From: Octopus sinensis
Taxonomy: Eukaryota
Assembly: GCF_006345805.1 (NCBI RefSeq)
Contig: NC_043018.1
Coordinates: forward strand, 28,396,001 to 28,460,000
Reading direction: 5' to 3'
DNA: 64,000 nucleotides
Positions 38,216 to 53,362 of the stretch are shown here, one piece after another; within the stretch, counting starts at the first letter, position 1; every line of letters starts with the position of its first letter. The notes below the pieces were generated by a model. The model did not search any database. It saw only the letters and a program-made list of their open reading frames with translations, and was not told the origin of the DNA. Made by a program: the position numbers and the translations under genes.

Positions 38216-39798
38216 TATGATGCATACTCATATACCGGTGTATACATTAAATAAATATATTTCAAATATATTAGAGCGATGAAAGTGTGAAAAAAAATAG
38301 CACGTTGTAACAACAGTAGATAAAACAGTTTTTAAAAATATTTTTGTTCCATTTTGTGTGATTTGTCCTTTTTTTTCATTGTTCCATTTCTAAAGAAAGA
38401 ATTGAAATACAGGCTAAAATTTAGTGGAAATGCAAATCAAAACATAACCAACACACAAACACACACACACAAACAGACACACACAAACAGACACACACAA
38501 ACAGACACACACGAAAGTAAACCAACAACAATAAAATATAATAATATAATGCCCACCATGTTACACATTATTACAAGTGATTACAATAGATTGATATAAG
38601 AAACTAGTAACAATGGAGTCATGAAATTAAAAACACCATTAAAGTCTTTATACGCAATATAAAGATTTTTGCACGCGTCGCTGGCAGCTATATATGAGAG
38701 GTTACATACAAATCAGCGAAGACGGTGACTTCCATTTTGTGTGGGTTTTTTTATTGCGTGTGTGTGTGTGTGTATGTGTGTGTGTGTGTGTATGTGTGTG
38801 TGTGTGTGTGTATGTGTGTGTGTGTGTATGTGTGTGTGTGTGTGTGTATTATCATTTAAGAATGAATAAAAACAATTCCGCATAAATATTTTACTGTTTA
38901 TTATAAAAATATATGAATCCATATAAGTGCATTTTGGATGCGAGCGTGTGTGTGTGTGCGTGTGTGTGTATACGTGTGTGTGTGTGTGTGTGTGGTGTGT
39001 GTCTGTGTGTGTCTGTGTTGTGGTTTTATTTTGAGTAACGTGAGAGAAGTTTAAAATATGGAGAATGATTCCTTCACAGAATGAAAATAAAAGAAAAGGG
39101 ATGTGTTTGTTTCCTGATTTAGAAAGTACAATTGTTGAGTTTTAAAAGGTAAGGAAATGTAAGGAGTTACTGTTGAACTTCAGAAACTAATTAAATATTT
39201 TTAATATCTCTCTTACAAATTCAATAACTTCGTGCATAATTAATATAGGATATATTAGTTTGTTGTATATACGTAAGCAACAGTCTTGTACACACACACA
39301 CACGCGCGCAGGCATACACACAATCAAATATATGTGAGTGTGTATGTGACTGTGTATAAGAATGTATGAATGTATGAATGTATACATGTAAATAAGTACA
39401 AAGGCATAATAGTCTCATGAGAAAATATATTGATCTTGATTAATTTATTAATTACAAGTTAAAAGGACGTGCGCATTCTTCTTTTTGACACATTCCGACT
39501 CGTGTGGGCTGATTCTGAAATTATACGCATATATTTGTGTGTGTGTACGTACGTGAGTGTGTATGTGCATGTATGTGCATGTGTGTGCAATTATACTATA
39601 CACACACACATATATATTCATATATGTATTCATATATACTTATATACATAATTATACTTACACATACATACGGACATACATACATATATATGTGTGTGTT
39701 ATGTATGTATGTATGTAAGTATGTATATATATATATGTATGCATGTATGTGTGGTGGATATATTATGTACATATATATATATATATAAACATATATAA

Positions 39799-39855
<57 letters not shown>

Positions 39856-40094
39856 ATGTCAATCACTGGATAATGCAGTTAACATGTATACCAGTACAAT
39901 TTGTCGCAGAGTCGGAGTATCGGCGTCGAAATCGATGACCCCTACCAAACCTGCTTCATGAGGACGTGGTTTCTTTAGGGTTGGACACGTTGCAGGACCG
40001 TAAACATTGTCTGTCAATGTACTGATAAAGTGAGAGAGAGCCTCCGTAAGCATAGGCATCTCTCTTTTTGTCTAATTGCTTCAGTTACTAGACT

Positions 40095-40500
40095 ACAGAC
40101 ATATGGGGACACCGCCACATTAAGGAACATTTAGTCGAATGAATCAACCTCAGTTGTTCTGGGGTTGATTCTTTGTTTTGTTGTTCTTTGTTTTGTTGAA
40201 CTGCCAAGTTACAGAGTCCTAAACACACCCTCACCAGTTATAAAGCGGGGGGGGGGCAAAGACAGAGAAGAAAGACACACGCACGCATACGCACACGCAT
40301 ACACACACAGACATATATACATACATGCATACATACACACACACATATACAACTGGCCTCTTTCAGTTTCCGTTTACCAAATCCACTCATAAGTCTTTGG
40401 TCGGCCCGAAGCTATAGTGGAAGATACTTGCCCAAGGTGCCATGCAATGGGACTGAACCCGGAAACATGTGGTTTGTAAGCAAGCTTCTAATCACACACT
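40095..40500 (-). mobile_element. SINE family 2, diverged
   Basis: tttcagtttccgtttaccaaatccactc..cttgcccaaggtgcc..gggactgaacccgg. Confidence 0.8.
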
Positions 40501-40688
40501 CACATGAAAATTCCTGTGTAACAAAACCTAGATTAGAAACTTGCAGCTGCCTGTTTCTCGACTAATTGCTTCTGGAGGTGAGTTACTGATGTTGTACAAG
40601 CGATCAAAGACCTGCGGTTTCAGCATGTCCATTTCTGACTGCCATCACCTTTAATATCTGAGATATAATAATATCTCAGTGAGGATAA

Positions 40689-40890
40689 GGCGTCGAGCTG
40701 GCAGAAACATTAGCACGCCGGGCGAAATGCGTAGCCGTATTTCGTTCTGGGTTCAAATTCCGCCGAGGTTGACTTTGCCTTCCATCCTTCCGGGATCGAT
40801 AAATTAAGTACCATTTGAATACTGGGGTCGATCAAATCGACTGACACCCCTCTCCCAAAATTTCGGAACTTGTGCCCAGAATAGAAATGA
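40689..40890 (+). mobile_element. SINE family 1
   Basis: Matches the head and central domain of 36691-36860. Confidence 0.85.
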
Positions 40891-41020
40891 ATATTTCAAG
40901 GACGATTAAAACTGTGTACGTGTTCTCAGCCTCCATATATGCATGTGTGTTTTTATGTATGTATGCGTCTAGAGAATAATTTCTGGAATAATTTCGAGTG
41001 TATGTATATATGTATATATG

Positions 41021-41099
<79 letters not shown>

Positions 41100-41102
<3 letters not shown>

Positions 41103-41587
41103 ATAGGTGAATGAATTATCCTATGTTTACCGTCAACATGGAAAATTCGATGAACCGATACCAGGGTAGCAAATTTACGTCAGAAACACGGTTGAAGCGA
41201 CCTGTTCAAGGGTAGAAACTCCGGGTTCATGTGCAGAAATTTGTGTGTTATATATGAATAAATAGATAAATGGAGTTGAACGAAGATGTTAACAAAATTC
41301 CTTTACTCTCGACATATGTTTCGAAGACAACATGCTTTTATTCCAAAGGAATAAACGCTGCACGATGCAATCTTCTCACCACGAAAGAAAGGGAGCCTCT
41401 CTCATTATCGTTTTGTTTACCATGTAGGCAGTCATCGCGATTTTTGTCTTGTTGTTGAGAGAGGGTCCCTTTCTTTCGTGTGAGAAGTTTGCATCTTGCA
41501 GCGTTTATTCCTTTGGAATAAAACCATGTTGTCTTCGAAACATATGTCGAGAGTAAAGGAATTTTGTTAACATCTTCGTTCAACTCC

Positions 41588-41591
<4 letters not shown>
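41100..41591. repeat. Fold-back element with ~135-bp inverted arms (41268-41403 / 41457-41591) carrying degenerate HHRs
   Basis: Each arm has cttc-GAAAC-atat-GTC-gagag as at 33977-33997. Flanked by (TA)n. Confidence 0.8.
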
Positions 41592-41645
<54 letters not shown>

Positions 41646-41789
41646 TCGTCAACATCAACAGTCCTCTTCCACACGCATGCAGAAACTCTCTTATACACAC
41701 GCACGCCCACCTTCGCTTTAGGCTCACCACCACTATGTTATCTCCCCTTCTCTCTAGTTCTCCTGCGTGACCCTTCTGTTCGGCATTCG

Positions 41790-41979
41790 CCATGATAGAT
41801 CGCTACCCAATACGCATTCTTTATTTTCTCACCTTTTTTCTTTCTGTGTTCCTTTCTGTGGAAGAGCGTAAGCTCGAAACGTTAATGAAATTTTTACTTC
41901 TCGAGCGTCATACTAACATATCTGTTTGTTGTCTACACCACCTGTCTCCGTCTGTTGTTTTTTATTGTGAATTCTCTCC

Positions 41980-41982
<3 letters not shown>
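41790..41982 (+). repeat. Family C repeat with an HHR-like motif (41851-41888)
   Basis: cttt-CTGTGGA-a-gagc-gtaa-gctc-GAAA-c-GTT-aatg. Confidence 0.6.
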
Positions 41983-42054
<72 letters not shown>

Positions 42055-42439
42055 GTGTGTGATACTTATATATGTAGTATGCAGGTATCTATGTATCTAT
42101 GTTATATGGTATGTATAGAAGTTCAAATACACATGGAAGATCAATATGTTATGTGATACTAAAAATATAGAAACAGAATGAATATTAAAAATATCTCATC
42201 ATGGGATATAGCAGTAACACTAAAAAATCATTTGTTATTAACTTAAACCAGCTTTCCTAAAAAAATATCCGAAATTTCTGTAAATCTGTGAAGGAAACCA
42301 GAATGTACAAACGGGACCATATTTACACCTACGCACAAAAAAAAATTATGCATATATATATTAATAGAAACATAAGTATATATGCTGTTCCTAAACCCAT
42401 CCATCGACGTAGATTTGCTGTCGAGAAATGCTTGGGCAT

Positions 42440-42442
42440 CTG

Positions 42443-42524
<82 letters not shown>

Positions 42525-42570
42525 ATATATCTATCTATCTATCTATCTATCTACCTATCTATCTATCTAT

Positions 42571-42602
<32 letters not shown>

Positions 42603-42607
42603 CCTAC

Positions 42608-42638
<31 letters not shown>

Positions 42639-42639
42639 C

Positions 42640-42675
<36 letters not shown>
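42440..42675. repeat. (TATC)n microsatellite
   Basis: Direct inspection. Similar arrays at ~13845-13912, 32540-32650 and 37470-37530. Confidence 0.95.
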
Positions 42676-42910
42676 ATATATATATATATATATACATACA
42701 TACATATATATATATCTATATATATATATACATACGTATATATATGAGCATATGTGTATATATATATACACACACACATATATATATGTGTGTGGGAGTG
42801 TATGTGTGTGTATGCCTGTGTGTATGTGTGTTTGTGTGTGTGGATTATAATAGAAACTTGTTACTGAGATAGCCTCATGATTCATAGGAACATATATATA
42901 TGCACATGTA

Positions 42911-42957
<47 letters not shown>

Positions 42958-43159
42958 CTTATTATATATGTATCTGTATGTGTATGTATATGTGTATACA
43001 TTTATATATATGTATATATATATATATGAATATATATATATATGTATATATATATACATATATATATTATATGTATATATATATATTATATAATATATAT
43101 ATTATATATATATAATATATATATGTATATATATATATATAATATATATATTATATATA

Positions 43160-43197
<38 letters not shown>

Positions 43198-43268
43198 GAA
43201 TGCATATGTACATATGAATAACACATTACGCTGCAATTTTCTGAATATTTCTCTTATTCAACACACAA

Positions 43269-43303
<35 letters not shown>

Positions 43304-43871
43304 CATATACAAATGGTTTCATCCATCTATCTTTATATATATATATATATATAAAATTTACTAGTATGTATGCTTTCATAAATGCATATTTCATTACATC
43401 TTTGATTTGCAAGACTACTGTGGCGGTTATTAAATGAGCTACATTTGGCTTGCTGCGGTGTTTTTTTTTTTCCTTTTCCTAAATTTAAACAGCGAGTTTT
43501 GTGATTGGTTAGGATTTCTTTCTAATGAGTATTTGACGTCAGTTTGGTGAAAGTCTACACCTGATCTCAGAAATGATTCTGCAATCATTGTTGAGTGAAA
43601 TAATCCCATGACTATCTGGGAAATTTCGTCGGAGTGAAACATCCTCAGTTTTTCTTCTAATTGCTAAAGACGCCTGCGCTCGCGCGCACACAGACACTGA
43701 ACCAGACACACATACTGAGATTTATGAAGAAGATAAAACACGTGGATATAAGCAGGTGGGCATGTACACAGAACAAATACTAAAATACAGGAACTAGAAT
43801 ATACATAATACAGACACACAAACACACACACACACACACGAATATGAATATTTATATACGTGTATATATAT

Positions 43872-44032
43872 AGGCGCAATGGCTCAGTGGTTAGGGCAGC
43901 AAACTCGCGGTCGGAGGATCGCGGTTTCAATTCCCAGACCAGGCGTTGTGTGTGTTTATTGAGCGAAAACACTTAAAAGCTCCACAAGGCTCCGGCAGGG
44001 GGCGGTGGCGACCCCTGTTGTACTATTTCGCC
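43872..44032 (+). mobile_element. SINE family 3, 5' part
   Basis: aggcgcaatggctcagtggttagggcagc..ggtttcaattcccagacc. Confidence 0.8.
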
Positions 44033-44222
44033 CCAACTTGAACCAACTTCACGGCAGGAGGTGTAGATGAGGGCAGCTGCATCAAACTCTCTCATACACC
44101 AAATGTCAATTGCTAAAAAGCACTCGTGAAGTAAAATCATGTAGCAACACCGAATGGCAGTGTCCCAGCATGGCCACAGCTCATGAGCTGAAACTAGATA
44201 TAACGATAAAAAATAAAAATAT

Positions 44223-44318
<96 letters not shown>

Positions 44319-45415
44319 AAATAGTAAAGAGTGAAAAAACGACAGAAGGCTTAAATGTTAAAAAATATATATATTTGCGTCAATATGTCTGAAGAATATT
44401 AGAAAATTTTTTAAACAAATTTTTTTTCCCTTTATAATGACAAAATTTTAAAGAAAGACCAGTTTCGCATTTAGCTTTCAAATTTCTTGTGACGTTATGT
44501 TTATGTTTGATAGAGTTATCCTTGTGTTTAAGCTCCGGAGAGTTCTAAATAAGGGAAGGTAGTGGGTGATTCCTTCCGGTGTAAGGGAGATAACCGCTTA
44601 AAGATTTTTTTCCTTTCCCTTAATGTGAATTTCTCTGTATCAGTATGTTCGGATGGTTGAGTCTGGGCTTGTACTTTTCAATGAAGAATGTTTCCTTGTT
44701 TAGTCTAATTTGTGTTGATGATCCGAAAGCACACTGGTAAAATGGAAAGATTAAAAATTGTGGTAGTAGTTGCTTTGCGCATTTCTCAATGTGCTCACTA
44801 AAAGGTTTCATTCTATATTCTGGGAATGCAATCTGTTGTCGATGCAGTGTCTGAGTGATAGTCAAGAAAAACCAAACAACCCACGATTCCATACACTAAA
44901 AACAGAAATCACCCACAACCAACCTTTGTAAACCACGCAAGACCTAACAGGGAACTAGCTGACAGAGGACGCGTCTATGAAATAAATTACACCAAAAACA
45001 GAACACACCAACAACATCCTAATACCAGACCCAACCACCATACAGCACAAAACGACACAAGAATAAGAAATACACCACACACAAATCGCTACTACCCCAT
45101 GAACCAAAACTACTGGTCCCCAATAAACACAAGACAAACGCAAAAAAACACTATGTCAAGCAACATCCCACATACAAGCAGTTCGAAACAAAAATATTTC
45201 CCATACAGAAATTTTACACATACCACAAACAATAACAACCATAGATTCCCACACACACACAACGATCGGGGGCAACAATACCACCACTCCCCCGACCAAA
45301 TACCACACAACCTCACAGGCAACTCATACAAACAAAATTACACCCAACATTTTTTAGCCAGGGACCAGGGACACCAGGACACAGGCTGGAACCTAGTAAT
45401 AAGGAAAAACCGAAG

Positions 45416-47620
45416 ATAATCAATCTTTCAACCAAACCTCTTTCTAACATAAAAATTGACATCCTCTTAAAAGGGCTCAAGTTTACACCAACTCCACGCA
45501 GAGCCAACCTAAATGAAATCAAGGATAATATAACAGAATTTTGCAGAAAATTAAGACTAGCAGAAGCATCAACCAGTTTCAATACTGAAGATGAATCACT
45601 AGTCAAGAACAAAAGTGAACACATCCCACACAGAAGAAGAAATAAAGATCTTGACGAATTCTGTAACCACATTGAGAACTTCCCCTACCATACTATACAT
45701 AAACAGAAAGCTAACTCAAATTTTAACACTACACAATGGAAAGAACTGATAGAACTTCAAAATGATGAAGATATAACCATTAAGGAAGCAGACAAGGGAA
45801 ATGCAGTTGTAATAATGGATACATCATACTACAGAAATCTTGTAATTTCCTTGCTTGATGACGACCTACATTATGAAAAGATTACCAACTACACCCCACA
45901 AAAAATAATGAAAACTCTATCTTCACTAATTAAAACCCATGAAAAGGAACTAACAACCAAAGGGATTGACTTCCTAACAAACTTTAAATGCAAACCTAGC
46001 CTTTTCTATGGTCTGCCAAAAATTCATAAAATTCAAATTATAAATGAAACCATTAAAAAATCACCAAAGACATACATACACACACCTAACCCGGGGGACC
46101 TAAAACTGCGACCCATTGTAGCTGGCTCAACCTGTGAAACACAGAGACTAAGTCTACTTATGGACATCCTCCTGAAACATATCGATAGCCATATCAGAGA
46201 TGACTTAGATATGTTAAACCACCTTCCCAAAAAAGCCAAGGAAGAAACAATCCTGGTTTCATTTGATGTAGTCATCTTGTATACCAGTATACCTCATAAT
46301 TATGGACTAGAGGCAATACAGTTCTGGCTGGACCAATTTCCGGAAGAAATACCAAAAAGCATCAGTAAAGAACTCATTACTAAATCAATTGAATTCATCC
46401 TACACAATAACCACTTCATGTTTGACAATACATTGCGAACTTAACAATGGGATACATAGAAATAATCATTTACCAGGAATCTTTATCAATCTTTGGAAAT
46501 CCCCTCTCTCAATACATAAAAGAGAACTGGAAACGATTCTTAGACGATTGTTTTATTCTCTGGAATGAAAACACAGATACACTCCTAAAATTTAAAAACC
46601 AATTGAACAGCATAAACCCAAATATACAGTTCACAATGGAATACAACCAAAAGGAGCTCCCGTTCTTGGATAGACTAATTAAAAAAATTAACCTTAAAAT
46701 AGAAACAGACATTTTCTACAAAGCCACAGACGCCAAACAATACCTTCTCTTTAATCCATGCCACCCAAGACACACTAAAACAAACATCCCCTTCAACCTT
46801 GCAAGAAGGATATGCACAATAGTGTCAGAACAAAATACCAGGAACTTTAGACTGCAAGAACTCAAAAACACCCTAATTGACAGACATTACCCAGCTCAAC
46901 TCATAGAGGTTGGGATCAGACGTGCAACAGAAATCAACATAGAAACTTTAAGAAAAGTTCAACAAACAACACACCTTCCCCGAAAATACTACCTTACATA
47001 TCTACATACAACCCCAGAAACAAAGAAGCCTTCACCATCATCACCCAGAATTTACCAATACTTCATAAAAAACCCAAATTAAAGGAAATTCTAAACATAC
47101 ACCAAATCATTAAAAGCTACAAACAGCCTAAATCACTAAAAAGATTCTCACAAAGGCAAAATTGTCTTCTGAAATTACGGATGCAAAAGTAAAATAATGT
47201 GGTAGATCGAACTGTGCAACATGTCCTAACCTGCTAGAAGGATCAGAATTCTTCTTTAAAGAGGGACAGAAATTCAAGATCAAATCTAACTTTACTTGTG
47301 CCTCTGAAAACATAATTTATGCCATAAAATGCTCGGGCTGCCACCAAGACTACGTCGTTTCCACGGAACTATCACTCAGACGTAGATGCACACTGCATCG
47401 ACAACAGATTGCATTCCCAGAATATAGAATGAAACCTTTTAGTGAGCACATTGAGAAATGCGCAAAGCAACTACTACCACAATTTTTAATCTTTCCATTT
47501 TACCAATGTGCTTTCGGATCATCAACACAAATTAGACTAAACAAGGAAACATTCTTCATTGAAAAGTACAAGCCCAGACTCAACCATCCGAACATACCGA
47601 TACAGAGAAATTCACATTAA
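45416..47620 (+). pseudogene. PLE RT + GIY-YIG, decayed (deletion of the GIAMGT motif at ~46430, stops and frameshifts)
   Basis: Motifs IINLS..LLKGLKFTPTP, KEADKGNAVVIMD, FYGLPKIHK, LRPIV, SFDVVILYTSIP, RFLDDCF and LPFLD. Confidence 0.9.
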
Positions 47621-47751
47621 GGGAAACGAAAAAAAATTTTAAGCGGTTATCTCCCTTACACCGGAAGAAATCACCCACTACCTTCCCTTATTTAGAACTC
47701 TCCGGAACTTAAACACAAGGAATACTCTATCAAACATAAACATAACGTCAC

Positions 47752-47790
47752 AAGAAATTTGAAAAGCTAAATGCGAAACCGGTCTTTCTT
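47752..47790 (+). ncRNA. Minimal HHR variant (U3-A8 core) in the PLE 3' region
   Basis: aagaaat-TTGAAAA-gc-taaat-gc-GAAA-c-cg-GTC-tttctt. Confidence 0.65.
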
Positions 47791-47984
47791 TAAAAATTAT
47801 GTCATTATAAAGAGAAAAAAAATTTGTTTAAAAAATTTTCTAATATTCTTCAGACATATTGACGCAAATATATATATTTTTTAACATTTAAGCCTTCTGT
47901 CGTTTTTTCACTCTTTACTATTTTTTATATATTCACCCACGTGCTTTCACAAACCAACTTCTTATCTATGTATATATATATATA

Positions 47985-48036
<52 letters not shown>

Positions 48037-48051
48037 ATATATCTAAATATA

Positions 48052-49165
48052 TTCTCTTTTACCTTTTCCTCAGTCATTTCATTGCGGCCATGATGGAGCA
48101 CCGCCGTTTTAGTCGAATAAAGTGATCCCAGGATTTATTCTTTGTAAGTCTAGTACTTGCTCTATCGGTCTCTTTTACCGAACCGCTATGTTAAGCAGAC
48201 CAACATTGGTTGTCATGTGTTGGTGGAGAAAGAAACACAGACATTCACAGACACACGACACACACACACACACTCACACACACACCACATATATATATAC
48301 ATATATATACATACACACAGATGTAAATTAAAATTATTTTCTTTTAAGTTATATAAGATTGCAGAAACTATGCATAGTCCAAGAAAGATAGGGTAAATGT
48401 TTTTATTTTTCATTCCCTTTCAGAATTGCAACTATTCATGGCCTGGAGTTTTACCTGCTCTTTCTAGTGAGTCAGATGTCCTATTATGGTCATCTCTTAT
48501 GTGTTTAAATGTACACTGTATTTTTCTATGAATATATATATATATATATATATATCTACATACACGACGGGCTTCTTTCCGTTTCCGCCTTCCAAATGCA
48601 CTCACAAGGCTGTGGTCAGTCCGACGCTATAAAGAAGACGATCAAGCTCCTTACCATACAACTACACATGCACCTAGGAGTGCTGGGGAAGCACACTTAT
48701 GCAGAAATTTGTTATCTATGTATCTATGTAATACATGTATGTATGTATATATCCATGTATGTATAGGTGTATATCTATGTATGTGTATGTGTATATATAT
48801 ATATTTATATGTGTGATAAGAAGCTCGCTTTCCAATCATGTGTTTCCAGGTGTTGTTTTACAGCATGGCAAGTTGGGTAACTGTCATCTACTATAGCCAC
48901 GGGCCTTCCAAAGTCTTGTGAATGGGTTTGGTAGACGGAAACAGAAATGAACCCATTGTATATATCTATGTGTGGATTGTGTGTGGGCCTGTATATATGT
49001 ATGTGTACATATCTACGTGTGTGCATGTCACTGCATCTGTTTCCCCCCCCCCATCAGCTCTTAACAACCAGTGTTGGTTTTTACGCCCCCGTAACATAGC
49101 GGTTCGGTCAAAGAAACCAATAGAATAAATATTAGGCTTAAAAACGTCCTGGAGTCGATTTGTTG
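48052..49165. mobile_element. Cluster of diverged SINE family 2 fragments (48052-48250 -, 48564-48670 -, 48810-49165 +)
   Basis: Shared tttggtagacggaaac, cgtaacatagcggttcgg and gcggccatgatggagcaccgcc motifs. Confidence 0.7.
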
Positions 49166-49218
49166 AGGCACTGACACAGACACAGACACATAGACACACA
49201 GACACAGACACACACACA

Positions 49219-49304
<86 letters not shown>

Positions 49305-50905
49305 TCCCAATAATAATAAAAGGTAAAATTAATTAATTAATTTCTACTTAATAATTTCACCAAGTAGTTTGGTATGTTAAAAGAACCATTATCGGTAACC
49401 TAATACAAAAATTCTATAATTATTAGCATAATTATAACTAGGGTTCAGCAAAAGTTGCTTCACCACCTACCGAGATTTAGAAATAGCAGTTAAATACTAT
49501 TCCACCACCATAAGATATCTCCCAGACAGTAATATTCTCAATTCACGCAGATAAAGAGAAAAAAATCGTTGTTGATTTTATAAATTAAGTTCTATATTTT
49601 GATTCTATGTACAAGATCTACGAAAACACCGCTGCTCTCCATGTAGTTTTTCATCGTGGTTTAGTAATATTTACGCAGTTCATTCCCAATTTGTGTATTT
49701 TTTTCTGATATGTTATATCTAATTCTCTTTGTATCATTTATTCTTCTAATACTTCTCTATCACTCAAGAAATTTATTTAGAATCACTTCTTTCTCAAAAA
49801 TACTCAACGAATATTAAACGATACTGGAATCAACGTTATCTACTTAACGCTGGATTAAAAGTATAATTGGGAGAAATGTTTTTAATGATATACCGAGTAA
49901 TTAGCGTCATGAAGTGTAGGAAAGAGAGAGAGAGGGAGACACTTAGACAGACAGACAGACTGCCAGACATACAGAGAAAAAATCAAGGAGAGAAAGCTAT
50001 CTTGCTGCCTTGCAGTGTTTTAAAAAGTTTTCTCGCAGTAATATAAAATTAATTTTCTGAAGATGAAATTTTCAATAACAAAAATGAAAGTGTATTAAAA
50101 TAGGAATTTTTACGAATTTTATAGACATTGTAGTTTTTCCTTGCTTTCTGTTAGAAAAAGTTGCATAATAGTCAGATTTCTTTATTATGGTATAGTTTCT
50201 CTGACTTCACTTTTATATATGAAACAAAATATATTTAATATATACACATTCATTTAATTTTCAACGTTGTGATCGCTTATTTCTATCCGGTGTCGTATTT
50301 CTGCATAAGATGAATATACGGAACTGAAAGTTGAAACGTTACTATATAGCCCATAGGTATAACACTCATATTCCCCAGATCAGTGATTGGAGAATAAACT
50401 AATTGAAATGCAGAAACTCCTATAAATATTAATATCTAAAGAAATTTTCGAAAGAAATTAAACAATGGCTTCTTCAGAAAATAGAGTTGGTTTCTTTAAT
50501 TGAATTTCAAGTAAAAAGAGTTCACAAGGTCGAATAAATTGTTCTGTCTTATGCGTGCGAAATAGTGCAAGTAAGCTTTGTTTGAAAGCTCTGAACCAGG
50601 CGAGAGAAAGGTGTAGGTAATTAAGAATCCGGACTCTGATGAGAAGAGAAAATGTAATTTTTAAGCTGTAAAGAAGAGAGAGAACAGAAACATTTATTTT
50701 CAAATGGTGTCTAGTATCATAAATATAAATGGATTTGGCGAATTTATACCATTCAATGTGTCGTAAATATCGTCAAAATGTAAGTGGGTGAATCAGAACT
50801 AAGGAAGAGTGTGAAATGCGAGACACGTCTTTAACGATATATATATATATATATATATATAATATCGTGTATGTGTGTATTATACATATATATATAGTGT
50901 GTGTG

Positions 50906-50959
<54 letters not shown>

Positions 50960-51061
50960 ATGCATATATATACATATATATATATATGTGTAATATATAT
51001 GTATATATGTATATATGTATTGTATATATATATATACATACATATATATGTGTGATATATA

Positions 51062-51092
<31 letters not shown>

Positions 51093-51499
51093 ATTTAATA
51101 AAAACAATGTTTTTTATGTGTTACTATCTTTTTCTTGTGCTGGGACACCAGACGTGTTATAAAATGTTATAAAACATTGCCTCGCCTGTTCTCACTACAT
51201 AAAACTAATTGTTGCCTATACGAACATATAATGCGTTTACTAAATAATATCTCTCATCAGGTGAAGTACTTTTGTTGTTGATCTTTACCATCACGGAACG
51301 GTACTCTGTATGTGTGTGAATGTGTGTGTATATATATGTATGTATCTATAGATAAACAGATAGATTAAATGACTGATCGATTGGTTGATTGATCGTTTGA
51401 TTGATTGATTGATTGATGATTGATTGATTGATTGATAGGAAGTTCGATAGAAATTGCATAAGGACATATAAAATGGCTGGTCTGACATGCAGGTGCACA

Positions 51500-51965
51500 T
51501 TTAAGCTATCATGGTGGGTTTAACACTGAGCCATGCTGAAGGTATCTAAGCCAAGATCTGGAGAACTCTAGCACAAATGCATGAAGTATGTTGTTCATTA
51601 AGTTTGTGACAAACATTTGCACTAACGTTGTGATATCACCATTTTCAAAATGTACACTTTAGCCCACGTATGTCTTCACAAGTGAAAGAAATCTTCTATG
51701 GAGCTGGTATAACTGAGAGTCTTTTGGACTCGAAATCGACGGCGTTATCCAATATCTTATAATGCTGAAGTGTTCCTGGGTTTAAAGGTATTGCGAAAGG
51801 TCTGCTTGGAGGCCCAACCCCCTGAGTCTTGTTACAGGGCTTAGAAGAAATGGAGGAGCGTTACAATAAGTCGTGAATCTGGGAAGGGACTATGTTTAAT
51901 AAAATATCCATTAACTGATCGTACTGTATTTTCTTTTACCGAAAGCCAGGAATTTTTCAGCACCA
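51500..51965 (+). mobile_element. Possible mariner 3' relic
   Basis: ERYNK...RDYV-like end followed by a TIR-like aaagccaggaatttttcagcacc. Heavily decayed. Confidence 0.35.
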
Positions 51966-52178
51966 TTTCTTTTTGTGTGTGTTCGTGTATATATGTAAGC
52001 ATGTGTATATATATATATATACGTATATGTATGCATGTACGTATATATATATGTATGTATGTATATATATATATATATTATATATATAATATATATATTA
52101 TATATATATATATATATACATACACACACTCACACATGCACACACATACGCATATAGACACTCACACACACACACACG

Positions 52179-52242
<64 letters not shown>

Positions 52243-52276
52243 TTGTATGTATGTACAATTATATGTACGTTTTTTT

Positions 52277-52475
52277 CTGTCTTGACAACCGGAGTTAGCA
52301 TTTTGCATGCCCCGTAACTTAGCTGTTCGGCAAAAGAAATCGATAGAATAAGTACTAAGCATTTTAAAAAAATGAAGTACTGGTGTCGATTCATTCGCCC
52401 AAAAAACAATTCTTCAAGTCGGTGCCCCAGTATGGCATCAATCGAATGACAGATGCATGTAAAAGCTAAAAGACA
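52277..52475 (+). mobile_element. SINE family 2, 3' half
   Basis: cttgacaacc..cccgtaacttagc..gatagaataagtact. Confidence 0.7.
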
Positions 52476-52974
52476 AAATACTTACACACACCTACCCACA
52501 GACAAAAACACAAGTTCAATAGGCATAGAAACAAAATAAATTGTACGCAGACAGACTTACAAAGGCATTCACACACGCGATCAAACCCATCTACTCATAA
52601 ATATAGGTCGTAAACATAGACCCTGCTGATAGCATCTTTAATATTGTGCATTAGTTCTCTGTAGTTTGTCCGTGATTATTTCAAAAGAAAGACTGCCCTA
52701 CGGCTTTACAATACAATTGAACTCCAGTAAATCGAATTACCCACATTTTAGTTTCTTACTTTACTTAAAGACGCTCTCGCAATAAACCTGTATCTTAGAA
52801 TATAACTCTGAAATACCGACGTGTCTGTTATCTCTATTTTTCACTCAATATTTTTATTTGTTTTAGTCACTGGAGTGCAGTCATGTTGGAGCAAACCTTG
52901 AAAAGTTTATTCTAATAAATCACCAGCTGTACCTACTTGGCTTCTTTCATTTATATATTCACTTACTTACTTAT

Positions 52975-53043
<69 letters not shown>

Positions 53044-53067
53044 GTTGTTGTTGTTATTATTATTATA

Positions 53068-53323
53068 ATGCAAGCGCAAATGAAGACACATACAGTAGAA
53101 ATACAAAATGGCTTATAGTTGGTAAGGAGAGACAGACAAATAAGAAAGAAGAAAGCAAAGGACCACTGATGCGGTTACAAGAGTGTGACGAAAGAACTCT
53201 GGCCGAAATAAGATTAATATTAATGTAAAAAATAAATAACTCTGAAGCAAAGTAACACCAAATATATAAAGCGTTTGTTTTTATTGGCTAAACTGACAAA
53301 ATGACCATTCCTAAATACAACAA

Positions 53324-53362
<39 letters not shown>

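Larger units (their letters stand above)
44318..47970 (+). mobile_element. Penelope-like element (Neptune-like) with an inverted 3'-derived arm at its 5' end (44318-44862)
   Basis: 44318-44862 is the reverse complement of ~47368-47925. RT-GIY-YIG on the plus strand. (TA)n flanks. Confidence 0.92.

Noticed and set aside
41185-41230. Second HHR-like motif ttgaagcg-acc..ggt-agaaactc
   Set aside because: No stem III and several core deviations.
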